Source: Candidatus Tayloriibacteriota bacterium (GTDB taxonomy: Bacteria > Patescibacteriota > Minisyncoccia > Phycocordibacterales > PALSA-1337). From it: a DNA stretch of 64,000 nt. This document shows positions 20,601 through 28,819 of this stretch, one piece after another (the first letter of the stretch is position 1; every line of letters starts with the position of its first letter). The notes under the pieces are model-generated. The model saw only the letters and a list, made by a program, of their open reading frames with translations, had not been told where the DNA came from and ran no database searches. A program made the position numbers and the translations under genes. Location: assembly GCA_028286665.1 (NCBI GenBank), contig JAQBRD010000012.1, forward strand, positions 841 through 64,840. Reading direction: 5' to 3'.

Positions 20601-21456
20601 CACATGTACCATCGATCCGACGTCGACATCGCTCATCTGTTCGTCCGATCGCCGACTCAAGAAAGATATCGTTTCAATAAATGGCGCAACAGCGCTCGAC
20701 CAGATCAATCAGCTCCAAGCTGTCAATTTCCGATGGAACAATCAATCGACTGATACGCTCCGCTTCGGATTCATCGCGCAGGATTTCGAAAAAGTATTCC
20801 CGCAGCTCGTCCAGACTGACGTCAACGGCTTCAAGAGCGTCGCATACACAGCGCTCACGCCTGTGCTCGCCGAAGCAATCAAGCAGCTTGATGTGAAAGT
20901 GAATGCGCTCACGATAGCGACGAGCACTTCGACTTTGAAGTCCATGATACAGGGCATAGGGGATTGGACTGTCGGAAAGATCACCGGAACAGTCGCGTTG
21001 TTCGGCGACCTGAAGGCCGACGCGCTGACGGTCGGATCGCCATCGAAGCCTTCGGGCATTACGCTGTATGACGGGGTCACCGGCCAGCCGTATTGCCTCA
21101 AGGTGATGAATGGAACAATGCAGAATTTCCCAGGGGATTGTGCAACTCCTACCTCGATTCAGCCTTCAAATCAGCCTTCGACCCCTGGAAACGTCCCTAT
21201 GAGCACTGTTTCCGATCCAAATACCGCAACAACGACAGTTACCACAGCCGGAACCGCTTCATCAGGCGAAACAAGCACTTCTACGGCTCCAGCAGCCACA
21301 TCCACCGAATCGGCAGTTACGACTGAAATAGCCACTTCTACAGCCCAGATGCCTGCACCGGAGCCAGAAATAGCCCCAATTACAGCCACGCCTGATCCAA
21401 CGCCCACACCAGTTTCAGAGCCTGCCGCGCCTGCGCCAGAGGTTCCAGTTCAGTAA
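17680..21456 (+). CDS. second secreted tail-fibre-like repeat protein with peptidase S74 domain (paralog of 10157-17611)
   Basis: Signal peptide; shared SFESI.SFIP N-domain; GNVGIG repeats; Gly-rich segment; SSDRRLKKDI S74 motif. Confidence 0.85.
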   Translation: MKQRLPNQRWLFALIAFAIALFSISPKISQAYFSDIFKEGASVVMSSTLNGMNAVGKSTIQAFSFESIRSFIPNFINSAASGMNCGVNKIVGAPLPVVCMKNPASVLAAASADAFVPVPMPAHAYVAAVPAPASISKPSSALSSASIPTRLPPPSAPQVSTQTQLTSAEYDAIQQQLANIALGTRSQLIRQTDSTVDHVGQSMSNLATSVASAAANASNAGNITSGVLSVAHGGTGATSTPTFGQVLLGNASGGYDLVSTSSLGITSGASSQWTTSGSNISFIAGNVGIGSSTPIATLSVKGTAGTNPFVVASSTDVQLLTLLQNGSFGIGTSSPVSTLSVAGSGTFTGGASFGGSVGIGTSTPIATLSVKGTAGTNPFVVASSTGAQLLTLLQNGSFGIGTAAPNANAILDVFQGASTTRISRTTTQYIQFTTDGVVNEVRGVSVSGGAKPFRIASDSNSSGLRLFTGTTDKVFIDNNGLVGIGSTTPSALLTLLGSNAATTTLSIRPAASQTASLVNFYDTTGAISSVIAAGGNFGIGTTTPGSKLVVNGDINLTGNIYQNGVLFTGGGGSSQWTSSSTDIYYNTGNVGIGTNSPIYKLDIAGTAHVSSDLTVGGIFTTTAFTANGTATSFNDAITINQSTSSTRFVRPGTPVLQAIDITTDSNSNRIKAFAGPGTNKQFRIEADIGMTGLSLRTGGSERVLIGPSGDVSVGTASTSARFTLMASSSPTYAIFDVTDTSRNSFFKVFGNGFVGIGTTTPSARFALDGFSGADNANASQALAIYGGKGGLNNNATPGGFSGGGIDLFAGPGGDSSGGGVDGGSGGVVNIFGGAGASNGDGTENAGLGGAVNIGAGNGAASLGGGLGGALTLASGNGGNDTASGFGQPGDGGLLSVIAGFGGSSNDNSVNGANGGNVIISGGAPGAGLVAGSYGNIIMNQNGGKVGIGTSTPLYRLHIQRSGDGPVAGFTDANGTCTIDPTSTSLICSSDRRLKKDIVSINGATALDQINQLQAVNFRWNNQSTDTLRFGFIAQDFEKVFPQLVQTDVNGFKSVAYTALTPVLAEAIKQLDVKVNALTIATSTSTLKSMIQGIGDWTVGKITGTVALFGDLKADALTVGSPSKPSGITLYDGVTGQPYCLKVMNGTMQNFPGDCATPTSIQPSNQPSTPGNVPMSTVSDPNTATTTVTTAGTASSGETSTSTAPAATSTESAVTTEIATSTAQMPAPEPEIAPITATPDPTPTPVSEPAAPAPEVPVQ
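18556..18875 (+). repeat. intragenic direct repeat
   Basis: About 18556-18665 near-identical to about 18766-18875. Confidence 0.85.
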
Positions 21457-21461
21457 TTTCA

Positions 21462-21490
21462 TTGACATAACCTGTCAAGTCAGTTACCAT
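21462..21490 (+). promoter_or_regulatory. sigma70 promoter with an overlapping palindrome
   Basis: TTGACA-17 nt-TACCAT; TTGACA-taacc-TGTCAA inverted repeat. Confidence 0.65.
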
Positions 21491-21559
21491 TATGTATAAG
21501 TAAGTTTTCTCAGTCGCTTACGAAGTTAATAATATATAGACGAGGTATATAGAACCCAA

Positions 21560-21874
21560 ATGGCAAAGAAGCTATACGTAGGAGGAATTTCATACGGCAC
21601 CAGCGAAGAGACTCTCAAGAATCACTTCGCTCAGGCCGGAGCAGTTGAATCAGCAAGCATTATCATGGACAAGATGACGGGCCGATCAAAAGGTTTCGGA
21701 TTCGTTCAGATGAGCAATGATGCTGAGGCAGACAATGCTATCAACATGTTCAACGGCAAGGAACTCGAAGGCCGAACTCTTACGGTTAACGAAGCGCGAC
21801 CAATGGAACCACGAGCTCCACGACGTGATTTCAACCGAGGTGGAAACGGAGGTGGCTCACAGAGCAACTGGTAA
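21560..21874 (+). CDS. RRM-domain RNA-binding protein
   Basis: KLYVGG (RNP2), RSKGFGFV (RNP1), Gly-rich tail. Confidence 0.95.
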   Translation: MAKKLYVGGISYGTSEETLKNHFAQAGAVESASIIMDKMTGRSKGFGFVQMSNDAEADNAINMFNGKELEGRTLTVNEARPMEPRAPRRDFNRGGNGGGSQSNW

Positions 21875-21888
21875 TCTCACCAACCTCT

Positions 21889-21922
21889 AAACAAAAAATC
21901 CCCGAAAGGGGATTTTTTGTTT
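21889..21922. terminator. bidirectional intrinsic terminator
   Basis: AAACAAAAAATCCCC-GAAA-GGGGATTTTTTGTTT between convergent genes. Confidence 0.9.
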
Positions 21923-21965
21923 GTATAATTTTGTAACCTGGCATCCAAATGCGCTTTCCTTTCTC

Positions 21966-22664
21966 CTAGTCGAGCATTTCCCACCAGTTGGAAACCGGCG
22001 CATGCTTCACGACATTCACGATCTTCTCGATGTCCTCGGTGATGATGAAGAGATTCTCGTCGCCGAGAGAGATGGTCTGATGCTCGGTGAGCATCTGGTG
22101 CTTGATGAATACTGCAAGCGGCTTCCAGAAATCGTTTCCGACGAGGATGACCGGAACCCGCGGGATCTTGCGAGTCTGGATGAGCGTGATTATGCCGAAG
22201 AGCTCATCGAACGTTCCGAAGCCTCCGGGGAAGAAGAGGTATGCTTCTGCGGCAAACGTGAGGAGCGCCTTTCGCGTGAAGAAATAATCGAGACGCAATT
22301 CCGAATCTACGAACTTGTTGGTCGACTGCTCCTGCGGAAGCTTGATGCAGATCCCGAGCGAGCTTCCGTGAGCGGCGCCGTTCGATTGCGCATCGCGGGC
22401 GCCTTTGTTCGCGGCTTCCATGATGCCGGGTCCTCCGCCAGTGATGACCGAGTAGCCGAGGTCCTTCACGATGCGATATGCGAGATGCTCCGCAGCATGA
22501 TAGTGCGAGCTTGTCGGCGTCAATCGGGCAGAACCGAAGATCGTCACGGATTTCGGATATTTCTTGAGGAATTCGAAGCCTGCGCGGAATTCGTCATTGA
22601 TGTCTTTCAGGTGCAGCTCGATATTGTCCTGGATCGCTTTCGCTGTGAATTGCTCTGGTTTCAT
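21966..22664 (-). CDS. LOG family (TIGR00730) Rossmann-fold nucleotide monophosphate nucleosidase
   Basis: FGSAR, TGGGPGIMEAAN, PGGFGTFDELF. Confidence 0.93.
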   Translation of the reverse strand: MKPEQFTAKAIQDNIELHLKDINDEFRAGFEFLKKYPKSVTIFGSARLTPTSSHYHAAEHLAYRIVKDLGYSVITGGGPGIMEAANKGARDAQSNGAAHGSSLGICIKLPQEQSTNKFVDSELRLDYFFTRKALLTFAAEAYLFFPGGFGTFDELFGIITLIQTRKIPRVPVILVGNDFWKPLAVFIKHQMLTEHQTISLGDENLFIITEDIEKIVNVVKHAPVSNWWEMLD

Positions 22665-22734
22665 GGCGACAGTATATCATATTCGGCCAGGCGCATTCCT
22701 CGGCGGCGCACGCATGTGCTATGATAGCCGCATC

Positions 22735-24144
22735 ATGAAATTTTCGATCGAAAAAAGGCTGAAAGGCCTGGCAGGCGAGGACAAGAATCGCCTCGGGCGA
22801 GTCGGTGTCATCGAGACTCCGCACGGCTCGATAGAGACGCCGGCTTTCATCGTGGTCGGAACGAAGGCTACCGTGAAAGCGCTCTCGGCTGACGATATCG
22901 CCGAGCATGTCGGCGCGCATGCGGTCCTTGCGAATACCTACCACCTCTATCTTCAGCCGGGATATGAGCTCATCAAGCGTGCGGGCGGTCTCGGCAAATT
23001 CATGAACTGGAAAGGGCCGACATTCACTGACTCCGGAGGATTCCAGGTCTTTTCGCTCGGCGCGGCATTCAATGCAGGCGGCGCTCGTAAAGGCGGCGTG
23101 AGCAAGATCGGCCAGCGCGGAGCGAATTCCACTGCCCATCTCGCGCCAGAACTTCAAATTGCAAACGCAGCAGCCGTTTCAACTCTGAGCGCTTCCGGCG
23201 CGACTGTCGACCTCGCTCGGCCGGACCATCGTTCTGACGATGAGCCGTCGCAGCATGAAGCGCTCGCGAAGATCGATGAGGAAGGCGTCACATTCAAATC
23301 AGTGCTCGACGGCAGCACGCACCGCTTCACTCCCGAGCGATCGATCGAGATTCAGCACGGCATCGGCGCCGATATTATTTTCGTATTCGACGAATGCACG
23401 TCGCCGCTCGCATCATATGAATATCAGAGAGCTGCGATGGATCGCACCCACCGCTGGGCGCAGCGTTGCCTCGATTTCCATCAGGAAGCAGAGGCAAAGA
23501 AAGTCGCTGACGGCATCTTGCCGCAGGCATTGTTCGGTATCGTGCAGGGCGGCCGCTATGAGGATCTCCGCAAGGAAAGCGCTCAGATCATCGGCAGCAT
23601 GACGACTACGGCAGGCGATGGCACGGAGCGCGGCTTCGACGGCTTCGGCATCGGCGGGTCTTTCGACAAGGAAGACATGTATACGACGGTCGGTTGGGTG
23701 AACGAAGTCCTTCCTGAAGGGAAGCCTCGGCACCTTCTCGGCATCGGCGAACCCGCGGACTTCTTCGGCGGAATCGAGAACGGCGCCGACACGTTCGATT
23801 GCGTCATGCCGACACGCATGGCTCGCAATGGCACGCTCTATACGAGCACCGGAAAGATCCATATAAAGAATGAAAAATACACCGATCGTCTCGGTCCGAT
23901 CGATATGGATGAAACAGGGAAGAGCCTCTGCGATTGCTATATGTGCGCGAATTATACCGCTGCTTATGTCGCGCATCTTTTCCGCGCGAATGAGATGCTT
24001 GCCGGCACGCTCGCCTCGATCCACAATCTCTATTTCATCGTGAACCTCGTGCGAAAGATCCGGCAGTCCATCCTCGATGATCGCTTCGACGAATACAAGC
24101 AGGAATTTTTCAGCAAATACAAATCTCCCGGGTCGACGGAATAA
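22735..24144 (+). CDS. tgt: tRNA-guanine transglycosylase
   Basis: ANTYHL, TDSGGFQVFSL, GIVQGG, FDCVMPTR, CDCYMC Zn site. Confidence 0.95.
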   Translation: MKFSIEKRLKGLAGEDKNRLGRVGVIETPHGSIETPAFIVVGTKATVKALSADDIAEHVGAHAVLANTYHLYLQPGYELIKRAGGLGKFMNWKGPTFTDSGGFQVFSLGAAFNAGGARKGGVSKIGQRGANSTAHLAPELQIANAAAVSTLSASGATVDLARPDHRSDDEPSQHEALAKIDEEGVTFKSVLDGSTHRFTPERSIEIQHGIGADIIFVFDECTSPLASYEYQRAAMDRTHRWAQRCLDFHQEAEAKKVADGILPQALFGIVQGGRYEDLRKESAQIIGSMTTTAGDGTERGFDGFGIGGSFDKEDMYTTVGWVNEVLPEGKPRHLLGIGEPADFFGGIENGADTFDCVMPTRMARNGTLYTSTGKIHIKNEKYTDRLGPIDMDETGKSLCDCYMCANYTAAYVAHLFRANEMLAGTLASIHNLYFIVNLVRKIRQSILDDRFDEYKQEFFSKYKSPGSTE

Positions 24145-24147
24145 ATT

Positions 24148-25173
24148 TTATATCTCCCTCGGCTTATAGTTCTCCGGAGCGTGCTTCAATAGGTCTTCGA
24201 TCTGTTCTCGGGTGAGGAGGCCTTGCTGCGCGCCGACGTACTGCACGACGGACATCGGATTGACCGGAGCCCAGACGAGCGCTTCGAGCGGAGTATGACC
24301 GAGGAGGAGCGCCGAGACGAATGTCGAAGCGAAAGCGTCGCCGCAGCCAGTTCGCTCGTATGGTGGCTTCGGATCAGGATATATCGGCATGAAATAGTAA
24401 TGGTCGCCATCGAACATATAGGCGCCCTTCGGTCCGTCGGTGATGAGGACGATCTTCGGTCCGAGCGCGCGGCAGCTCTTGAGCAGTTCCTTCATCGCAG
24501 CGATATCGGTGAAGCCTTTTTCCTCGAGTCCGAGCACGCGCTGCGATTCCTCGGTGTTCACGATGAAGACTTCGGTTTCAGCATAGATGTCTTTCAGCTG
24601 GCTTGCGCCGATCTTCATCTGGAATGTTCCGGGCTGGAAGGCGAGCTTCGTTTCAGGATGCCTCTTCATATATTCTGCGATCTCGACGTGATACGGGTAT
24701 GACGATGATCCGACCGAGCTCAGATATATCCACTTCGGAGCGGGACCGTTCACGAATGCTTTCGGCAGCTTGTAGTTGTAGTCTTCGTGATGGACGAGGA
24801 TGGTGCGGTCGACGTCGTACCAGAGGACGTAATGGAAGTTCGTGACCTTGGTCTTGTCGAGGTCGACGAATTTCGCGCCGACATCATTTTTCTTCAGCTC
24901 TGCGACGCAATCGCGGCCGTTCTGATCGTCGCCGACATTGGTGATGAGCGAGCTTGAGAGGCCGAGGCGGGCAGCGGAGACGGCTGCATTCGGGGAATTT
25001 CCGACTGATTTCACGATATGGACTTCCTCGAAGGGAACCTTGTCGCCGAATTTCATGCAGAGCTCGCATGCGGAGGTGTTGATGCTGCAATTCACATGCG
25101 CCTCCTTCAATTTGATGAATGCATCCGTGGTAATGTCGCCGATCGCTATGAAATCGAGTTGTTTGTTGAACAT
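24148..25173 (-). CDS. PfkB family carbohydrate kinase
   Basis: N-terminal GNSPNAAVSAARLG; C-terminal TGCGDAF. Confidence 0.92.
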   Translation of the reverse strand: MFNKQLDFIAIGDITTDAFIKLKEAHVNCSINTSACELCMKFGDKVPFEEVHIVKSVGNSPNAAVSAARLGLSSSLITNVGDDQNGRDCVAELKKNDVGAKFVDLDKTKVTNFHYVLWYDVDRTILVHHEDYNYKLPKAFVNGPAPKWIYLSSVGSSSYPYHVEIAEYMKRHPETKLAFQPGTFQMKIGASQLKDIYAETEVFIVNTEESQRVLGLEEKGFTDIAAMKELLKSCRALGPKIVLITDGPKGAYMFDGDHYYFMPIYPDPKPPYERTGCGDAFASTFVSALLLGHTPLEALVWAPVNPMSVVQYVGAQQGLLTREQIEDLLKHAPENYKPREI

Positions 25174-25221
25174 GTGCATAGTATAGCATCCTGCAGAAAT
25201 CGCTTATGCTACAATATCCCC

Positions 25222-26199
25222 ATGAATACACAGATCAAATCATTGCGGGAGTATGTGAAGGACGCGCTTGCGCGAAAGGTGGGCGTCGGCCATTTCAATA
25301 TCGCGAGCCTCGACGCCTTCTGGGCGGTCGTGAATGCGCAGGACGAAATGACGAAGGCTGCGCGAAATCTGCCGGACGGAGCGCCTGGCAAGATCGGCGC
25401 TGACGAGCAGATCCCAGTCATTATCGGCGCATCGGAAGGCGAGCGCGATTTCATTGGCGTCGATCAGGTCGTCGCACTGGTGCGCAGCGTTCGCGAGCCG
25501 TCTGCCGCGAATACGAAGCTCGGTTATCCCAACGGCCGGGCAGTTTTCCTCAATGCTGATCATACCTACTCATTCGAGCGTGTCGCCGAGGCTGCTGATG
25601 CAGGCTTCGATGCAGTCATCATCGATCAGACCGAACTTCCATTCGATCAGAACGTCGCCATCACGAAGAAATGCGTCGAGTATGTCCATGAAGTCACGAA
25701 GAAGACCGGCCGCGACATCATGATCGAAGCTGAGATCGGTTTCATCGGAAAATCCTCGAAAGTCCTCGATGCTGTTCCTGAAGGTGTGAAGATCAGCGAA
25801 GAATTCCTCACAAAGCCTGAAGAGGCGAAGGCATTCGTCGATGCGACCGGCGTCGACATGCTCGCGCCTGCAGTGGGGAATATCCACGGCATGCTCAAGG
25901 GCGGCGTCGATCCGGCGCTCAACACGAAGCGCATCGCGGAGATAAGCGCAGCTGCGGGCGTGCCGCTCGTGCTTCATGGCGGATCAGGCGGTTCTATCGC
26001 AGATTTCTTGGGAGCTATCGACGGCGGCTGCGGAATCGTGCATATCTCTACTGAGCTCCGCGTGGCTCTCCGCGCTGGCCTCGTGAAGGCGCTTCAGGAT
26101 AATCCCGACGAAGTCGCTCCATACAAATATCTCAAGCCAGCTCGCGCTGCGATGCAGAAGGCTGTGGAGGATAAGCTCAAGTTATTCAACAAAATTTAA
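25222..26199 (+). CDS. fba: class II fructose-bisphosphate aldolase
   Basis: LNADH, EAEIG, GNIHG, LVLHGGSG. Confidence 0.92.
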   Translation: MNTQIKSLREYVKDALARKVGVGHFNIASLDAFWAVVNAQDEMTKAARNLPDGAPGKIGADEQIPVIIGASEGERDFIGVDQVVALVRSVREPSAANTKLGYPNGRAVFLNADHTYSFERVAEAADAGFDAVIIDQTELPFDQNVAITKKCVEYVHEVTKKTGRDIMIEAEIGFIGKSSKVLDAVPEGVKISEEFLTKPEEAKAFVDATGVDMLAPAVGNIHGMLKGGVDPALNTKRIAEISAAAGVPLVLHGGSGGSIADFLGAIDGGCGIVHISTELRVALRAGLVKALQDNPDEVAPYKYLKPARAAMQKAVEDKLKLFNKI

Positions 26200-26215
26200 T
26201 TTCAGACAAACAGCA

Positions 26216-27205
26216 ATGAAGAAGATATTCGTCACGCACGTCATTCCAGAAATCGGGTTGAAGATGCTCCGAGACAAGGGGTATGAAGTCGCCGTCAGCG
26301 ATGCGGTAAATCTCGAGCAGAAGCATCTCATCAAGGCGCTCAAGAAGGACAAATACGATGCGGTGCTCTCGCTCCTTACCGACAAGATCGACGCGTCGGT
26401 TTTCGACGCGTCGCCTACCGCCAAGATATTCGCGAACTATGCCGTCGGTTTCAATAATTTCGATGTCGCTGAAGCGAAGAAGCGAGGAATCGCGCTCACC
26501 AACACTCCAGGCGGAGGAACCGAACGCGTTGCCGAGCATGTATGGGCGCTCATCCTTGCGATGTCGTGCCGGATCGTCGAAGGCGACAGCTATATTCGCT
26601 CGAACAAGTACAAGGGCTGGGATCCGATGCTCCTCCACGGAGTGAAGCTCGCAGGCATGACACTCGGTATCATCGGCAGCGGGGCGATCGGTGGCGATGT
26701 CGCGCGGAAGGGCAAAGGCTTCGGCATGAACATCATTTATTTCGACGTGAAGCGCAATGAGAAGATCGAGGCTGAAACCGGCGCGACATTCTATCCGAGC
26801 GTCGACGATGTCGTGAAAGCAGCCGATGTGGTTTCAATCCATGTGCCGCTGCTCGATTCGACGCATCATCTCATCGATGCTCGACGCCTTTCGATGATGA
26901 AGCCGAGCGCATACCTCGTGAATACATCCCGCGGTCCGGTCGTCGATGAGGTCGCGCTCGTCGAAGCTCTCAAGAAGGGCATCGCGAGCGGCGGCAAGGA
27001 AGGCATCCGCGGCGCAGGCCTCGACGTCTTCGAATTCGAACCGAAACTGGCCAAAGGCCTCGCGAAGCTTCCGAATGTCGTCTTCACGCCGCACATCGCT
27101 TCAGCGTCCGATGAATCCCGTGCAGATATGGCGATCAAGGCAGCGACCAACATCATCGAATTCCTTGAAACAGGCACGCCTCGCAACCCCGTCCTTGTGA
27201 TATAA
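26216..27205 (+). CDS. D-2-hydroxyacid dehydrogenase (glyoxylate reductase/D-glycerate dehydrogenase)
   Basis: GIIGSGAIG, NTSRG, LDVFEFEP, TPHIAS. Confidence 0.93.
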   Translation: MKKIFVTHVIPEIGLKMLRDKGYEVAVSDAVNLEQKHLIKALKKDKYDAVLSLLTDKIDASVFDASPTAKIFANYAVGFNNFDVAEAKKRGIALTNTPGGGTERVAEHVWALILAMSCRIVEGDSYIRSNKYKGWDPMLLHGVKLAGMTLGIIGSGAIGGDVARKGKGFGMNIIYFDVKRNEKIEAETGATFYPSVDDVVKAADVVSIHVPLLDSTHHLIDARRLSMMKPSAYLVNTSRGPVVDEVALVEALKKGIASGGKEGIRGAGLDVFEFEPKLAKGLAKLPNVVFTPHIASASDESRADMAIKAATNIIEFLETGTPRNPVLVI

Positions 27206-27212
27206 TTTTGTC

Positions 27213-27452
27213 ATGTCTAATGTAGAATTCGATGCTGATGAGCAGGGAGGCGGAAAACTCCAGCGCTTCAGCTCACAATACGCCTCTCAGTACGACGCTC
27301 AGCAGCCGAAACGCGCTTCCGGCATGGCTTCGTTGCTGATCAAGATGCACATCATCGACGATCCTGATCAGGCAAAAAACGTCTACGTCGTCGTCCTCAT
27401 CCTCAATTTCATCGCAGCGGGACTCATCTTCTATTTCTACGTACTCAGATGA
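27213..27452 (+). CDS. small membrane protein
   Basis: C-terminal TM helix; TATAAT 6 nt upstream; coupled to the pilin gene. Confidence 0.65.
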   Translation: MSNVEFDADEQGGGKLQRFSSQYASQYDAQQPKRASGMASLLIKMHIIDDPDQAKNVYVVVLILNFIAAGLIFYFYVLR

Positions 27453-27997
27453 AAACGAATCGAGGCTTCACGCTTATCGAGCTTCTGGTCGTGATTTCAA
27501 TAGTAAGTCTTTTGTCGAGCATCGTTCTCGCATCGCTGACTTCAGCACGTGCAAAGAGCCGGGATACTCAGCGCATGCGCAATTTCCACGAGATCCAGAC
27601 TGCGCTGCAGCTGTATGCGACAGACAATGGCGGAAAGTTTCCTGATTCTTCGGCCATATTGCTCGACGATTTCATCGACAGCGTCGATGTTGCTCACCCC
27701 GGAGGCTGGTCGACGCTCAAGACTCAACTCGGCAGGTATATACGGAAGCTTCCGGTCGACCCGATGAATAACGGCAGATGGAGCGATGCTGTGGGGAATT
27801 ATTCCTACTCGTATTATTACAACGTGAATACCGATTCTGATTATGATCTGGTCGCGAAGCTCGAAAATGCCAGCAGTCCGTATCGGGCGACTGTACGGCA
27901 TTACTCTCGCCATTCGAGCGTCCTTCCGGGGTCCAGCGTGCTTTGGGAAAGCGTCCTTCCGAGCGCCGGTTCCAACCTCTTGTACTCTGATCATTGA
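27449..27997 (+). CDS. type IV pilin-like / GspG-like protein
   Basis: Class III signal RG|FTLIELLVVISI; LPVDP motif. Confidence 0.92.
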   Translation: MKTNRGFTLIELLVVISIVSLLSSIVLASLTSARAKSRDTQRMRNFHEIQTALQLYATDNGGKFPDSSAILLDDFIDSVDVAHPGGWSTLKTQLGRYIRKLPVDPMNNGRWSDAVGNYSYSYYYNVNTDSDYDLVAKLENASSPYRATVRHYSRHSSVLPGSSVLWESVLPSAGSNLLYSDH

Positions 27998-28058
27998 AAA
28001 CGCTTGAATTGCCGTTTCTACTTGATTTTTTCAGGCGGCTATAGTACCATGGCCTCCT

Positions 28059-28745
28059 ATGGCAATGCTAACACTTACGACAGAAAAGCGAGACACGAAG
28101 GCGGATCTTACGAAGGTCCGAGCGAGCGGGAAGATGCCGGCTGTTTTTTATGGCCCAAAAGAAGCATCGACCTCGATCACCGTATCTCAGACCGAGTTCG
28201 CCAAGGTATGGAAGAAGGCGGGCGAATCAGCAGTTATTATCCTTAAGGACGGCTCTAACGAGCATGAGGCTCTTATCCACGAAGTCGACGTTCATCCGGT
28301 ATCAGGCGCTCCTCGCCATGCCGATTTCTATGTCATCGAAAAGGGAAAGAAGGTAAAGGTTCACATCCCGATCGTCTTCAACGGCGTCGCTCCGGCAGTC
28401 AAGGACTTCGGCGGCATCCTCGTGAAGGTCCTCCGAGAAGTCGAAATCGAAGCAGCTCCGAAGGATCTTCCTCATGAGCTCGCAGTCGATCTTTCGACTC
28501 TTGTCGAAATGACAAGCACGATCACGGTGAAGGACATCAAGCTCCCAGCAGGCGTCACGCTCGTCGCAGCTCCAGATGAAATCGTCGCTTCAGTCGCAGT
28601 CGCGAAGGAAGAAGTCGAAGAAGTCGCTACCGCAGTCGACATGTCGGCTATCGAAGTCGAAAAGAAGGGCAAGGAAGCGAAGGAGGGTGCAGAAGGCGAA
28701 GAGGGCGCAGCTCCTGCAGATGCGAAGAAGGAAGGAAAGAAATAA
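28059..28745 (+). CDS. rplY: 50S ribosomal protein L25/Ctc
   Basis: MPAVFYG, HADFY, acidic tail. Confidence 0.95.
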   Translation: MAMLTLTTEKRDTKADLTKVRASGKMPAVFYGPKEASTSITVSQTEFAKVWKKAGESAVIILKDGSNEHEALIHEVDVHPVSGAPRHADFYVIEKGKKVKVHIPIVFNGVAPAVKDFGGILVKVLREVEIEAAPKDLPHELAVDLSTLVEMTSTITVKDIKLPAGVTLVAAPDEIVASVAVAKEEVEEVATAVDMSAIEVEKKGKEAKEGAEGEEGAAPADAKKEGKK

Positions 28746-28769
28746 TCTCGAGCAATATCAATACGAAGG

Positions 28770-28799
28770 AACCCCCGCGATCTGCGGGGGTTTTCTTTT
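28770..28799 (+). terminator. intrinsic terminator
   Basis: AACCCCCGC-GATCT-GCGGGGGTT + T-run. Confidence 0.85.
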
Positions 28800-28819
28800 C
28801 GTGCTAAAATTAGCTGCAT

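Noticed and set aside
10157-21456. Prophage tail region
   Set aside because: Both genes have signal peptides and sit among housekeeping genes; no capsid, terminase or integrase is present
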